Shown: positions 40,512 through 48,976 of the stretch, one piece after another
Layout of the letters: each line of letters starts with the position of its first letter
Position numbering within the stretch: the stretch's first letter is position 1
DNA from: Candidatus Dormiibacterota bacterium
GTDB lineage: Bacteria > Chloroflexota > Dormibacteria > Aeolococcales > Aeolococcaceae
Direction: 5' to 3'
DNA length: 64,000 bases
Assembly (NCBI GenBank): GCA_963791435.1
Contig: CAWBSL010000002.1
Coordinates: 559,746 to 623,745 of the forward strand
Notes under the pieces: model-generated
Database searches by the model: none
The model's input: the letters and a program-made list of their open reading frames with translations, nothing else
Told to the model about the DNA's origin: nothing
Made by a program: the position numbers and the translations under genes

Positions 40512-41462
40512 GTGATCGCTCGACCGCCGGCAACCGCTCTGAACATCGATCCCGGGTTGCTGGCGCTCATGGTCCTGCTGGTTGCCATCTGGTTCCAGGT
40601 GGTCCGGCGCTCACGCGAGCCGGCAACTCGAGGGAAGCAACTGGCGCTCTTGGGCGCAATCGTGCTCCTGGTCGGCATCTGGATCACGCCGCTGGCAACG
40701 CTTGCCCAGCATTACCTGCTCGCAGCCCACCTGCTCCAGGTGCTCATCCTGATGGGGCCGGTGCCGGCGCTTCTGCTCCTCTCGCTGCCGCGGAACGCGG
40801 GGATCGACCCACGATCCGTGCCGAGAGTGCTCCGCCTGGCTGTGCACCCGGCCGTCGCCATCGTTGCAGTCAATGCCGGCTTCATCGCCTGGCATGTGAC
40901 GCCCGCGTACGACGCGGCGCTCGCCAACGGGTGGCTGTACGACCTGATGCAGGCGACGCTGCTGCTGGTATCGGTCCTGTTCTGGTGGCCGATCGTCACT
41001 CCGTGCTCACCGCCCGCCCGGGCGCTCACCGGGTTCGGCAAGCTCGGGTACATCGTCCTCGCCACGATTCCCCAGACCCTCGGCGGGCTCCTCGTCGCCC
41101 TGGCCGGACATGTGCTCTACCCGGGGTATGGGACAGGCCCGCAGCTCGTCGGTCTGGATCCGATGACCGATCAGCAGATCGCCGGCGCGAGCATCGCGCT
41201 CGTGAGCAAGATCGCGCTCTTCGCCGCATTCTGGGTGGTCTTCATGAACCTGCTCAACACCGGCACGGATGGCCGCGACGACGATGGCGGTGGTGGAGGG
41301 GGCGGTGGCGGCGGGTCCAGTCCACGGCTCGACGCCCCACGACCGCGACCATCCGGGCTGCCGCGCTGGCTCGATGACATCGGCGACGGCCGCACGACCG
41401 ACGAGCCCGTGCTCCCGAGGCCGGTCAGGGTGCCGGTAGGGTCAGGGTCTCGCCAGTCCTGA
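40512..41462 (+). CDS. Caa3-type cytochrome oxidase assembly factor CtaG-like membrane protein with a C-terminal poly-Gly/low-complexity tail
   Basis: 7-TM protein. Motif LAQHYLLAAHLLQVLILMGPVPALLLL resembles the Caa3_CtaG family. The tail DGRDDDGGGGGGGGGGSSPRLD is encoded at about 41275-41330. Confidence 0.5.
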   Translation: MIARPPATALNIDPGLLALMVLLVAIWFQVVRRSREPATRGKQLALLGAIVLLVGIWITPLATLAQHYLLAAHLLQVLILMGPVPALLLLSLPRNAGIDPRSVPRVLRLAVHPAVAIVAVNAGFIAWHVTPAYDAALANGWLYDLMQATLLLVSVLFWWPIVTPCSPPARALTGFGKLGYIVLATIPQTLGGLLVALAGHVLYPGYGTGPQLVGLDPMTDQQIAGASIALVSKIALFAAFWVVFMNLLNTGTDGRDDDGGGGGGGGGGSSPRLDAPRPRPSGLPRWLDDIGDGRTTDEPVLPRPVRVPVGSGSRQS

Positions 41463-41763
41463 TATCCGCACCGCTCAGGTGGTTCGCCAACTCGATGTCG
41501 GAGATCGCCTGCTCGATGTTCGTGCCGGGGTAGTGCGCCGCGGCGATGCCCCAGAGCGTCTGGTCGGGCTGGACCACGATGCGGGTGTTGGTGGTTGGCG
41601 AACCCGCGTAGGCCACACCGCCGACGACGACGAGCCCGGCGGCCGCAGTAGCCACCACGAGGGCGAGCCGCGCCGGGCGGCTGAGACGGTCGGGCCGGCG
41701 CGAGAAGCGATTGGGCCCAAGGCTGTCGTGGATCAAGGTTCCTGCACCGAACGTATGTTCCAT
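41425..41763 (-). CDS. Small LysM-domain membrane protein (YneA/ChiZ-like candidate SOS cell-division inhibitor)
   Basis: 112 aa with an N-terminal TM (ARLALVVATAAAGLVVVGGVAYA) and LysM (VVQPDQTLWGIAAAHY...ISDIELANHL). A perfect LexA box lies 16 bp upstream of its start. Confidence 0.7.
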   Translation of the reverse strand: MEHTFGAGTLIHDSLGPNRFSRRPDRLSRPARLALVVATAAAGLVVVGGVAYAGSPTTNTRIVVQPDQTLWGIAAAHYPGTNIEQAISDIELANHLSGADIRTGETLTLPAP

Positions 41764-41778
41764 ACCGTGACGGTATCA

Positions 41779-41792
41779 GGGAACGGATGTTC
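41779..41792. promoter_or_regulatory. Perfect Cheo-type LexA box GGAACGGATGTTCG between the LysM gene (-) and the NUDIX gene (+)
   Basis: GAAC (41780-83) N4 GTTC (41788-91) in a 91-bp divergent intergenic region. Confidence 0.6.
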
Positions 41793-41854
41793 GCGTCAAG
41801 GACCAAGTCGCGCCGTCGAGCGTTCAGGACGCCTCACCGCCCGATAATCGCCCG

Positions 41855-42319
41855 GTGAGCGCACGCGCCATCCGCATCCGCGTCGGCGTGCTGATCTGGC
41901 GCGACGGCGAGGTGCTCCTCGTGCGTCACGAGAAGGGCGGTCACTCGTACTGGCTTGTCCCCGGCGGCGGCGTCGATCCCGGCGAGACCATGGTCGCGGC
42001 AGGTGCCCGGGAGCTCGTCGAGGAGACCGGCTACCGCGTCGAGGTCGGCCGCCTCCTGCTCATCTGCGAGGCGATCGACCCCAAGCCGGACGGCCGCCAT
42101 ATCGTCAACGCGGTCTATGCCGGAGCAGTCCGGGGAGGGACGCTCACCGTCGGGGTCGACGACAAAGCGCTCCGCGACGCCCGGTGGCATCCGCTCGACG
42201 CCCTGACCACGCTCGAGATGTACCCGCCGATCGGCGCGGCGCTGCTGGCCTGCTGCGAGGAGAACGGCACCGGCCCGGTACGTGTGCTCGGCAATACGTG
42301 GCGCCCGCTCGGCGGCTAG
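41855..42319 (+). CDS. NUDIX hydrolase
   Basis: Nudix box GGGVDPGETMVAAGARELVEETG. Confidence 0.85.
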   Translation: MSARAIRIRVGVLIWRDGEVLLVRHEKGGHSYWLVPGGGVDPGETMVAAGARELVEETGYRVEVGRLLLICEAIDPKPDGRHIVNAVYAGAVRGGTLTVGVDDKALRDARWHPLDALTTLEMYPPIGAALLACCEENGTGPVRVLGNTWRPLGG

Positions 42320-42332
42320 CTCGCCGGCACCG

Positions 42333-43379
42333 TCAGCGGGCGGCGACCTCCTCGAGGTAGTCGCCAAGACGCCGGTATGCCTCGCGTTTGCGGCGGTCGG
42401 TGATCTCCGTGTAGACCTTGAGGGTTTCCAGGGTGGCGTGCCCGAGCACCTCCTGCACCAGGCGGACGTCCCCGTCCGTCGCTTCGAGCAGGGTGGTCGC
42501 CGCCGTGTGGCGCGCGGCGTGCGGCGTGCGGAGATCGCTGAACAGCTCGAACATCTCGGGATCGACGCCCATGCGGCGCCGCAGCGCCGTGAGCGCTCGC
42601 CGGGCGCCGTCGGTGGTCAGGCGGTTGTGCGGCAATGCCCGTCCGTGGGGCACGTCGGCGCGGGCCACACTGATGAACAGAGCAGGGGAGGGGTCCGGAC
42701 CGCGCAACTTCAGATAATCGTCGACCGCGGCGAAGGCATCACCCGTGCAATACACAGTTCTGTATTTGCCACCCTTGCCGAGAACTCGGAACCCTTCTCG
42801 CCGAACATCGCCACGGTCGAGACCACACGCCTCGGCGATGCGGCACCCGGTGCTCAGCAGCAGGTTGATGAGCGCCCGATCCCGGCGGTCCCGCAGCGTT
42901 TCCCTCGGCAGTGCTGCGAGGAGCCGCGGGACGTGATCCGTCGGCACCGGGTGCGGGTCGCCCACCACGTAGCGAGGCACGGCAACCTGACGGCTCAGTT
43001 CGGCGGCGATCCAGCCCTCGTCGTACGCGTAGGCGAGGAAGCGTCGCAACGCGACCAGCGCCCGAGCGCGGGAACGCGGATTGGGCAGCACGTCGGCAAG
43101 CTCGATCTGATAGCGGCGGAGCGTCGGCCGGTCGACGCCGGAGAGCAGGTCGTCGCTGAGCGGCCGTGTGCGCAGGAAGGCGACGAACTTGGCGAGGTCC
43201 TGCCGGTACGCACGGACGGTGGTCGCCGGGCGGTTGCGCTGCACGCGCAGGAAGTCGAGGAACTGCACCACCTGGTCCGGCATCGAGTCGCTCGGCCCCG
43301 GAACGTGGGTGGCCCAGGCCGGACCGCGACGCTCACGGGGCGCGGTCGGCCGGCGAGTAGAGCGTGAAGGAGCCGCCAT
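42333..43379 (-). CDS. xerD: Tyrosine recombinase XerD/XerC family
   Basis: N-terminal SAM-like domain (FLDFLRVQRNRPATTVRAYRQDLAKF). C-terminal catalytic R..HxxR..Y (HAARHTAATTLLE..., LGHATLETLKVYTEI). NUDIX adjacency resembles actinobacterial xerD synteny. The ATG at 43379 is chosen over the longer upstream ORF. Confidence 0.8.
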   Translation of the reverse strand: MAAPSRSTRRPTAPRERRGPAWATHVPGPSDSMPDQVVQFLDFLRVQRNRPATTVRAYRQDLAKFVAFLRTRPLSDDLLSGVDRPTLRRYQIELADVLPNPRSRARALVALRRFLAYAYDEGWIAAELSRQVAVPRYVVGDPHPVPTDHVPRLLAALPRETLRDRRDRALINLLLSTGCRIAEACGLDRGDVRREGFRVLGKGGKYRTVYCTGDAFAAVDDYLKLRGPDPSPALFISVARADVPHGRALPHNRLTTDGARRALTALRRRMGVDPEMFELFSDLRTPHAARHTAATTLLEATDGDVRLVQEVLGHATLETLKVYTEITDRRKREAYRRLGDYLEEVAAR

Positions 43380-43386
43380 GCTCCTT

Positions 43387-43400
43387 ATTATCAGGAGCTT
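43387..43400. repeat. 14-bp direct repeat ATTATCAGGAGCTT, copy 1 (overlaps the NTase stop and xerD RBS)
   Basis: Exact 14-mer identical to 45317-45330. AT-rich in a 70% GC context. Confidence 0.6.
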
Positions 43401-44200
43401 GGCGGCGTGTGACCGATTTCGGCCTCTTCGAGGGCGAACCTGATGAAGTCGAGGGTTGCGAGTCGCTGATCCGGCTGCAGGCCACCTGGATACGCCACCG
43501 CCGACTGGATCAAGGGACGCCAGGCCTCGAGGTACGGACCGCGCATCGCCCAGGCGGCCGCCTCGGGCTTCGTCACGAGCTCGCCCGTGGCCAGCATGCA
43601 GAGCGAGCGGCACATGGTGAGCACCGCGTATGCCTGGTAGCTCCGCTGGAGGAACTGTCCCGGGTACTCGAGCTGCGGCCGCCACCACTCGCGGAGGTTG
43701 CCGATCACAGCGTCGCGCAGCTCGCCGTTGGTCACCGGCGCCACGATCCTGGCGATCCTGGGCCCGTAGAGCGTGATCCCATGCTGGCGGAGGATCCGCT
43801 TCTGGATCATGAAGTCGGAGCCGAGCGGCTGCACCTTGAACCCTTCATCGGGATGCAGCTCCAGGACCGAGATCCGGGGGACGCCGGCCATCCCGAGCGC
43901 GCTCGCCGGGACGAACATCACCTCCAGCCGGTCTGCCCAGCGAGCCGAGCCCCAGCCGTGCATCGCCCCGTGGACCTCGTGGATGCGCTCGTTTGCCGGT
44001 CCATCGGTCAGCGTCCGGGTGGTCGCGACGACGTCGATATCACTCGTCCGTGGGTTGAAGGCGCCGGTGGAGACCGAGCCATGGACGTAAACCCCGGTAA
44101 GGTTGCGGCCCAGTGCACTCCGCCAGGATGCGACCGCGAGACTGAGAAACGACTTCAGGCCGGGACCGCCCGCCCTGATAACGCGTACGTCCATCTCCAT
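43391..44200 (-). CDS. ANT(3'')/ANT(9)-like nucleotidyltransferase (AadA family, NTase domain + DUF4111)
   Basis: N-terminal NTase (VYVHGSVSTGAFNPRTSDIDVV). C-terminal DUF4111-like (YAVLTMCRSLCMLATGELVTKPEAAAWAM...YLEAWRPLIQSAVAY) aligns with AadA. The stop overlaps the RBS of the downstream recombinase (TGATAATAAGGAGCATG). Confidence 0.75.
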   Translation of the reverse strand: MEMDVRVIRAGGPGLKSFLSLAVASWRSALGRNLTGVYVHGSVSTGAFNPRTSDIDVVATTRTLTDGPANERIHEVHGAMHGWGSARWADRLEVMFVPASALGMAGVPRISVLELHPDEGFKVQPLGSDFMIQKRILRQHGITLYGPRIARIVAPVTNGELRDAVIGNLREWWRPQLEYPGQFLQRSYQAYAVLTMCRSLCMLATGELVTKPEAAAWAMRGPYLEAWRPLIQSAVAYPGGLQPDQRLATLDFIRFALEEAEIGHTPPSS

Positions 44201-44256
44201 CGCCGATAACCCTATCCCTCAATGGCGTGCTTCTCGACGCCTTTCGCGCGACGCGT

Positions 44257-45189
44257 TCAGGTCGTGTCGGCGGCATCCGACGTCAGGGCGCGCTCGAAGC
44301 GCCCGCGCCGGCCGCACTCACGCCATCCGAGGTGCCGCCACGTGGCGTGCCCTGCGGGATTGTTGCGGTTGACATGCAGGTAGGCGATGCCGATACCCAC
44401 CGCGCGCATGCGGCTGCGCGCTTCCGTGGCGAGCGCCGTCGCCAGCCCGATCCGCCGGGACGCAGGGTCGACCCCGACCTGACCGATCCAGCCCGTGCCA
44501 GACACCCAGCCCATGCCAGAGACCACGAACCCGATGGGCTTGCCGTGGCGAACCGCACAGAACGACGCGGAGGGCAGGAAGATCTCTTCGCTCGTGAGCC
44601 TGGTGATCCACTCCGACTGAGACAAGCCGGGGAAGCCCGGACGGCTGCGAAACGCGGCCTCGTACACCTCGAAGCTCGCTGCAGGGGTGTCGGCCTCGTC
44701 CCATTCGAGTAAGGCCGTGCCCGGTGGCCATTGCGCCGATGGCAGGTCCCCGGCAAGCCAGCATTCCATGGCCAGCTCTTCGAAGACGAGGTCATAGCCC
44801 GCTGCGGCCCACCGGCGCACCTCGCCATCGCTGAGGTTCTCGCTGACGACCTGGATCGGTGTGGGATCCGCTTCCGCGATCCGTGCCTCGATCCACTCGA
44901 GCTGCTCGGGCCAGAGGTGGTCTTCGCCCGGCTGGAGCATCGAGGTCACCGTGATCGTTCCCGCACCCTCGGGAGCGGGCTCGCACACGAAGGCGCAAGC
45001 GCCCAGCCGGCCGTCAGACCCTTCATGGGGGAAGCTCGTTACGCCCGGGCGGAAGAATGAGCGCTTCAGCCAGTCGCGGTCGGCGGTGAGCGACCAACCT
45101 TGGGGATCCGGACGCTGCGACCGTGCCAGCGTCAGGACCCGGTCCAGATCGGCTTCGATCGTCGACATCAGATCGTCAAGGTCGGTCAT
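44257..45189 (-). CDS. Tandem-GNAT N-acetyltransferase (MshD-like architecture)
   Basis: Two GNAT-like halves. The C-terminal motif A reads QVGVDPASRRIGLATALATEA. 310 aa. Confidence 0.65.
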   Translation of the reverse strand: MTDLDDLMSTIEADLDRVLTLARSQRPDPQGWSLTADRDWLKRSFFRPGVTSFPHEGSDGRLGACAFVCEPAPEGAGTITVTSMLQPGEDHLWPEQLEWIEARIAEADPTPIQVVSENLSDGEVRRWAAAGYDLVFEELAMECWLAGDLPSAQWPPGTALLEWDEADTPAASFEVYEAAFRSRPGFPGLSQSEWITRLTSEEIFLPSASFCAVRHGKPIGFVVSGMGWVSGTGWIGQVGVDPASRRIGLATALATEARSRMRAVGIGIAYLHVNRNNPAGHATWRHLGWRECGRRGRFERALTSDAADTT

Positions 45190-45316
45190 GAGCGCGCGAG
45201 TCTAGTCCGGCCGGGTCTTGAGAGGCCGGTCAACTCCATCTCGCCTCCGGAAGTTGGAGGAGGGGTGACGGCATTCCAGCTTTAGCCGACCAAGCTTCTA
45301 TATCGTGAGAATATGC

Positions 45317-45330
45317 ATTATCAGGAGCTT
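45317..45330. repeat. 14-bp direct repeat ATTATCAGGAGCTT, copy 2 (in the AT-rich spacer upstream of the GNAT gene)
   Basis: Exact copy of 43387-43400, 1930 bp away. Lies in a locally AT-rich segment (about 45280-45335). Confidence 0.6.
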
Positions 45331-45454
45331 TACTCGTCGCTGCGCCAGGTTGCAGCCCAGGCTCTCCTCTTCGATATCTGAGGCTCGACTCCCGACGCCT
45401 GACCATCGTCAATCAACGACCGCCAGCGACCCGGGGCGCCGAACGCCGGAGCGC

Positions 45455-47233
45455 TCAGCCCGGGCTGAAGACCGGAATCGCCGGCGCCGAGCAGCCCGGA
45501 CACGCCGGCGCCACCCACAGCGTGTCGCTGCTGGACCGCCAGATGACGTCGATGGCGCCGCCTCCGGCGAAGCCCACCGACGACGGGTCCGAGGACGCGG
45601 TCGCGCCGAGACTCTCCGGCCCGACCAGTCCGCTCGCAGCCGTGTAGAGAGACGACGCCATCAGCCCCGAGGGCTCGCGAGAGTCGACGATGACCGAGCC
45701 CGGCGCAAGGTCGACGACGGACGGATCGCCAGTCACGGTCTCGGTCCCGAGTGCTACCGGACCGCTCCAGACGCCTCCGCTCAAGGCGCCGTGCCAGAGC
45801 TCACCCGCGCCATCCCAGAAGACGTCAATGGTCGTGCCCGTGGCGCTCGCGGAAGGATCCGCGGCGAGGACCGTGGTGGTCAGGCGCTTGGCCCCGGACC
45901 AACCGAAGGACGTGCCGCTGTCGGCCCAGAGGTCGCCCGACGCATCGCGCCAGAAGACCGTGTCGGAGCCCTGGCCCGCGCTGGCGACCACCGGGTTGCC
46001 GTCCACCGCACCGCTGTCCAGCGGCGTGCCGCCGCTCCAGCCGCTGTTGTAGTGGTCGACCCAGAGGGCGGAGTCCGAGCCCTTCCAGATGACGTCGATC
46101 ACGCCAGGACCCGGTGACACTGCACGAGGCTCGGAGCTGAGCGGCCCGAGGCCGAGAGAGACCGGCGCCGACCATGTCCCGCTGCCGAACCATCCCCCGG
46201 TGTAGCCGGCATACCAGAGGTTGTGATCCTCCCCTTCCCAGAACGCGTCAATACGGCCAGGCCCTGCAGAGACGACAGACGGGTCAGACGCAAGCAGCGC
46301 CGCACTGCCACCGGCCGCGCTGATGTCGGTTGAAGCTGTCCCCCACCGGCTGTTGCGGAAGCTGAGGTTCCACAGCTGCTCGTTCGTTCCGCGCCAGAGG
46401 ACGTTGATGTCGCCGGGCTGATCGGAGACCGTCTGGGGTGTCCCCGCGACGTTTGCGGCTTGCGGGAGTGCCGTCGGATCCGGGAAGCCGTCGTACGGCA
46501 GCGAGCGCACGCCTCCCTCATCCAGGTCCACGTTGCCGGAGATGCCGGGAACCGAGCCTGCGTCGCTGAACTGCCAGACCTGCCAGCCGGTCCCGCCCCA
46601 GTTGTTCTCGGGCACCTGCGGCTGAGTCACGAACCAGTTCGCTATCCAGAGCGGGTCGAGGGTGAACGCCGCGGAGTTGATGTTCCCGCTCCACCAGGAC
46701 GGCGAGCAGTAGATCGCGGGCAGCGAACCGATCGCGGCGCTCACCGTGTTCACGATGGTCCGCAGGTTGGCCACGACCACCGACTGCGGCTCGCCGTCCG
46801 TCGTCTCGACGTCGATCGTGGGGACCAGGTCGCCGTGGCTGAACCCCACCGCCCGGAGCTGGGAGACGAGCAGGTCGGCCTGGCCGACGGCGCTTTGATT
46901 CGGCTCATAGAAGAGGTAGGCACCGGGGGTCACACCCGCAGCAGCCGCTCCGCGCCAGTTGGTCACGAACTGCCCGTCCGGTGAGTTGGCGCCGTCAGCG
47001 GCCCGGATGTATGCAAACGAGATGCCCGAGGCTGCAACCGAGTGCCAGTTGATCGAGTCACCCTGGTAGGCGCTGACGTCGATCCCCTCGCGCGTGGTGC
47101 CGGCCCGAGCGTCCACGCCGCTGAGGACACCGCCGGGCACAGCGGCCAGGAGAACAAGCAGCGTCGCGGTGGCGGCGACTCGAGATCTCACGCCACGTCT
47201 GCAGGAAGACCCACCATCGCCCCGAGAGTACAC
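45455..47233 (-). CDS. Secreted GH25 muramidase (lysozyme) fused to a C-terminal 6-7-blade beta-propeller-like repeat domain
   Basis: Signal peptide. GH25 motif GIDVSAYQGDSINWHSVAASGISFAYIRAADG. Six to seven roughly 47-aa repeats of the form [IV]D[VA][FI]W[RKE]G..[DN]..LW........GW.G (aa about 275-592, nt about 45455-46410). Confidence 0.8.
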   Translation of the reverse strand: MYSRGDGGSSCRRGVRSRVAATATLLVLLAAVPGGVLSGVDARAGTTREGIDVSAYQGDSINWHSVAASGISFAYIRAADGANSPDGQFVTNWRGAAAAGVTPGAYLFYEPNQSAVGQADLLVSQLRAVGFSHGDLVPTIDVETTDGEPQSVVVANLRTIVNTVSAAIGSLPAIYCSPSWWSGNINSAAFTLDPLWIANWFVTQPQVPENNWGGTGWQVWQFSDAGSVPGISGNVDLDEGGVRSLPYDGFPDPTALPQAANVAGTPQTVSDQPGDINVLWRGTNEQLWNLSFRNSRWGTASTDISAAGGSAALLASDPSVVSAGPGRIDAFWEGEDHNLWYAGYTGGWFGSGTWSAPVSLGLGPLSSEPRAVSPGPGVIDVIWKGSDSALWVDHYNSGWSGGTPLDSGAVDGNPVVASAGQGSDTVFWRDASGDLWADSGTSFGWSGAKRLTTTVLAADPSASATGTTIDVFWDGAGELWHGALSGGVWSGPVALGTETVTGDPSVVDLAPGSVIVDSREPSGLMASSLYTAASGLVGPESLGATASSDPSSVGFAGGGAIDVIWRSSSDTLWVAPACPGCSAPAIPVFSPG

Positions 47234-47306
47234 ACGGATGTCGTCCTGATCGAGTTCGTCACCGTATCTTCATCGCAGAAAACGCGGCGGACACCCGGGC
47301 GAAAGG

Positions 47307-48284
47307 TTGGTCCGGTACTCTGATGCCGTGGCACAGGACACTCCGCGCAAGCCGGTGGGCAAGCAAACCCTTCCAACCGGGAAGGCTGGGGCAAGGCCGG
47401 TTTCCAAGAAGCAGCGACGCAACCAGGCGGCGATACGGTCGGTCAGTCTCGAGCGCCGTCCGCCGTGGCAATCGCCTACAGTGGTGACGATTTCCAGCGT
47501 GGCCGTCGTTGCGATCGTCCTCATCGTCATCGTGCTCATCAACCAGGTCGGTGGCGGCAACACCACCACGCTGACGCCGGTTCCGGCCACGCTCGCCGCT
47601 CAGATTGAGAATCCCAGCTCGACCGTGGTCGATACGGTCGGATCCGGCGGTCAACCCGGCAATATGATCCGCCTCCCAGCGTCCGCGCTCCTTCCCACAG
47701 TTGACGGGAAGACGCAGATCGTCTTCATGGGCGCCGAGTTCTGCCCGTACTGCGCGGCCGAACGCTGGTCGATGGTGATGTGGCTGTCGCGCTTCGGTAC
47801 CTTCAAGAATCTCAGCGAAATCCAGTCGTCTTCCACGGATATCTATCCCGACACTGACAGCTTCACCTTCTACAAGTCGAGCTACACCAGCCAGTACATC
47901 GACTTCAATTCGAACGAGGTCGAGGATCGCAACTCGCAACCTCTCCAGACGCTGAGTGCTGCCACGACGAACATCGTCAACAAGTGGGACAAGCCTCCGT
48001 ACACCGCTGAAGCCGGACAGTTCCCGTTCATCGACATCGGCGGGGTCTGGACCCTCCTCACCACGAGCTACATCCCGAGTGATCTCGCCAACCTCTCGTG
48101 GACGCAGATTGGCAATGACCTCAGCAACCCGACGTCGACGGTCGCGAAGGACATCATCGGCAACGCAAATATCCTCACGGCCGCAACGTGCATCGCAACG
48201 GGTGACACGCCGTCGTCCGTATGCTCCTCCTCCACCATCCAGAACATCGAGACCGGACTGAAGACGATCAAGGCCCAGTCCTGA
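47307..48284 (+). CDS. DUF929 family thioredoxin-like membrane-anchored protein (CxxC)
   Basis: Basic N-terminus plus TM. FCPYCAAERW redox motif. Distinctly lower GC (about 58%) than the surroundings. Confidence 0.75.
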   Translation: MVRYSDAVAQDTPRKPVGKQTLPTGKAGARPVSKKQRRNQAAIRSVSLERRPPWQSPTVVTISSVAVVAIVLIVIVLINQVGGGNTTTLTPVPATLAAQIENPSSTVVDTVGSGGQPGNMIRLPASALLPTVDGKTQIVFMGAEFCPYCAAERWSMVMWLSRFGTFKNLSEIQSSSTDIYPDTDSFTFYKSSYTSQYIDFNSNEVEDRNSQPLQTLSAATTNIVNKWDKPPYTAEAGQFPFIDIGGVWTLLTTSYIPSDLANLSWTQIGNDLSNPTSTVAKDIIGNANILTAATCIATGDTPSSVCSSSTIQNIETGLKTIKAQS

Positions 48285-48304
48285 CCCGGGGCTGACAGAA
48301 ACGC

Positions 48305-48958
48305 ATGGCTGTCATCACCTCCTCGGAGGTCATCAACACCGGGTACGCGGTGCTCGCACTCATCGCCGACGCGATGGTGTTCCTCGTCCTCATCTATTTC
48401 CTCGCCTCACGCAGCTCACCGTCCGCCCGCAAACGCTGGGCACGCTTCCGCGACGCCGTGACCCCCTTCGCCCTGCAGATCGCGTGGATCGTCGCAGTGC
48501 TCGCCACGTTCGGCAGCCTCTTCCTGCAATACGAGGAAGGCCTCCAGCCGTGCACGTTCTGCTGGTTTCAGCGCATCTGCATGTATCCGCTCTCACTGCT
48601 CCTCGGCATCGCCGCCTTCCGCGGAGATGTGCAGGTCGCCAAGCGATACTTCCTCGGCCTCGCCATGGTCGGAGCCGTGATCGCGATCTACCACTATCAG
48701 CTCGAGCACGTTCCCAACGAGTTCAGCGTCTGCTCATTGGTGCCAGGCGAGACTCCGTGCAACGTGGCGGTCATCAATGTCTTCGGCTTCATCTCCGTCC
48801 CCTTCCTGTCGATGGCCGCGTTTCTCCTGATCACGACGCTCATCCTGGTCGCACGCGGCAGGCGCGACGACTACGAAGAGGATGAGGACGAGATCGACCT
48901 CATCGAGGCCGGCACCGACGGTGACACCGGCGACGACGCGCTCCCCGCGCCCGCCTAG
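48305..48958 (+). CDS. Disulfide bond formation protein B family (DsbB/BdbC-like)
   Basis: 4-TM with CTFCWFQRICMYP and a second Cys pair (CSLVPGETPC). Acidic C-terminal tail. Immediately downstream of DUF929. Lower GC. Confidence 0.78.
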   Translation: MAVITSSEVINTGYAVLALIADAMVFLVLIYFLASRSSPSARKRWARFRDAVTPFALQIAWIVAVLATFGSLFLQYEEGLQPCTFCWFQRICMYPLSLLLGIAAFRGDVQVAKRYFLGLAMVGAVIAIYHYQLEHVPNEFSVCSLVPGETPCNVAVINVFGFISVPFLSMAAFLLITTLILVARGRRDDYEEDEDEIDLIEAGTDGDTGDDALPAPA

Positions 48959-48976
48959 TCCCCCGAGACGCGTTAC

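Noticed and set aside
42700-42780. AT-rich imperfect palindrome ATACACAGTTCTGTAT inside the recombinase gene
   Set aside because: It lies inside the coding sequence, has arms of only 5-6 bp and occurs once. It is most likely coding coincidence.
42333-44200. Integron (intI + aadA cassette) interpretation of the recombinase-NTase pair
   Set aside because: The recombinase and the NTase are on the same strand with the NTase upstream, and there is no attC-like imperfect inverted repeat. The recombinase has XerC/D-type N-terminal features and the conserved xerD-NUDIX adjacency. The NTase GC content is native.
45305-46117. Plus-strand ORFs overlapping the lysozyme gene, plus the 22-aa ORF MHYQELYSSLRQVAAQALLFDI starting inside repeat copy 2
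   Set aside because: They are antisense to a well-supported GH25 gene with no SD or family signal. The 22-aa ORF has no RBS.
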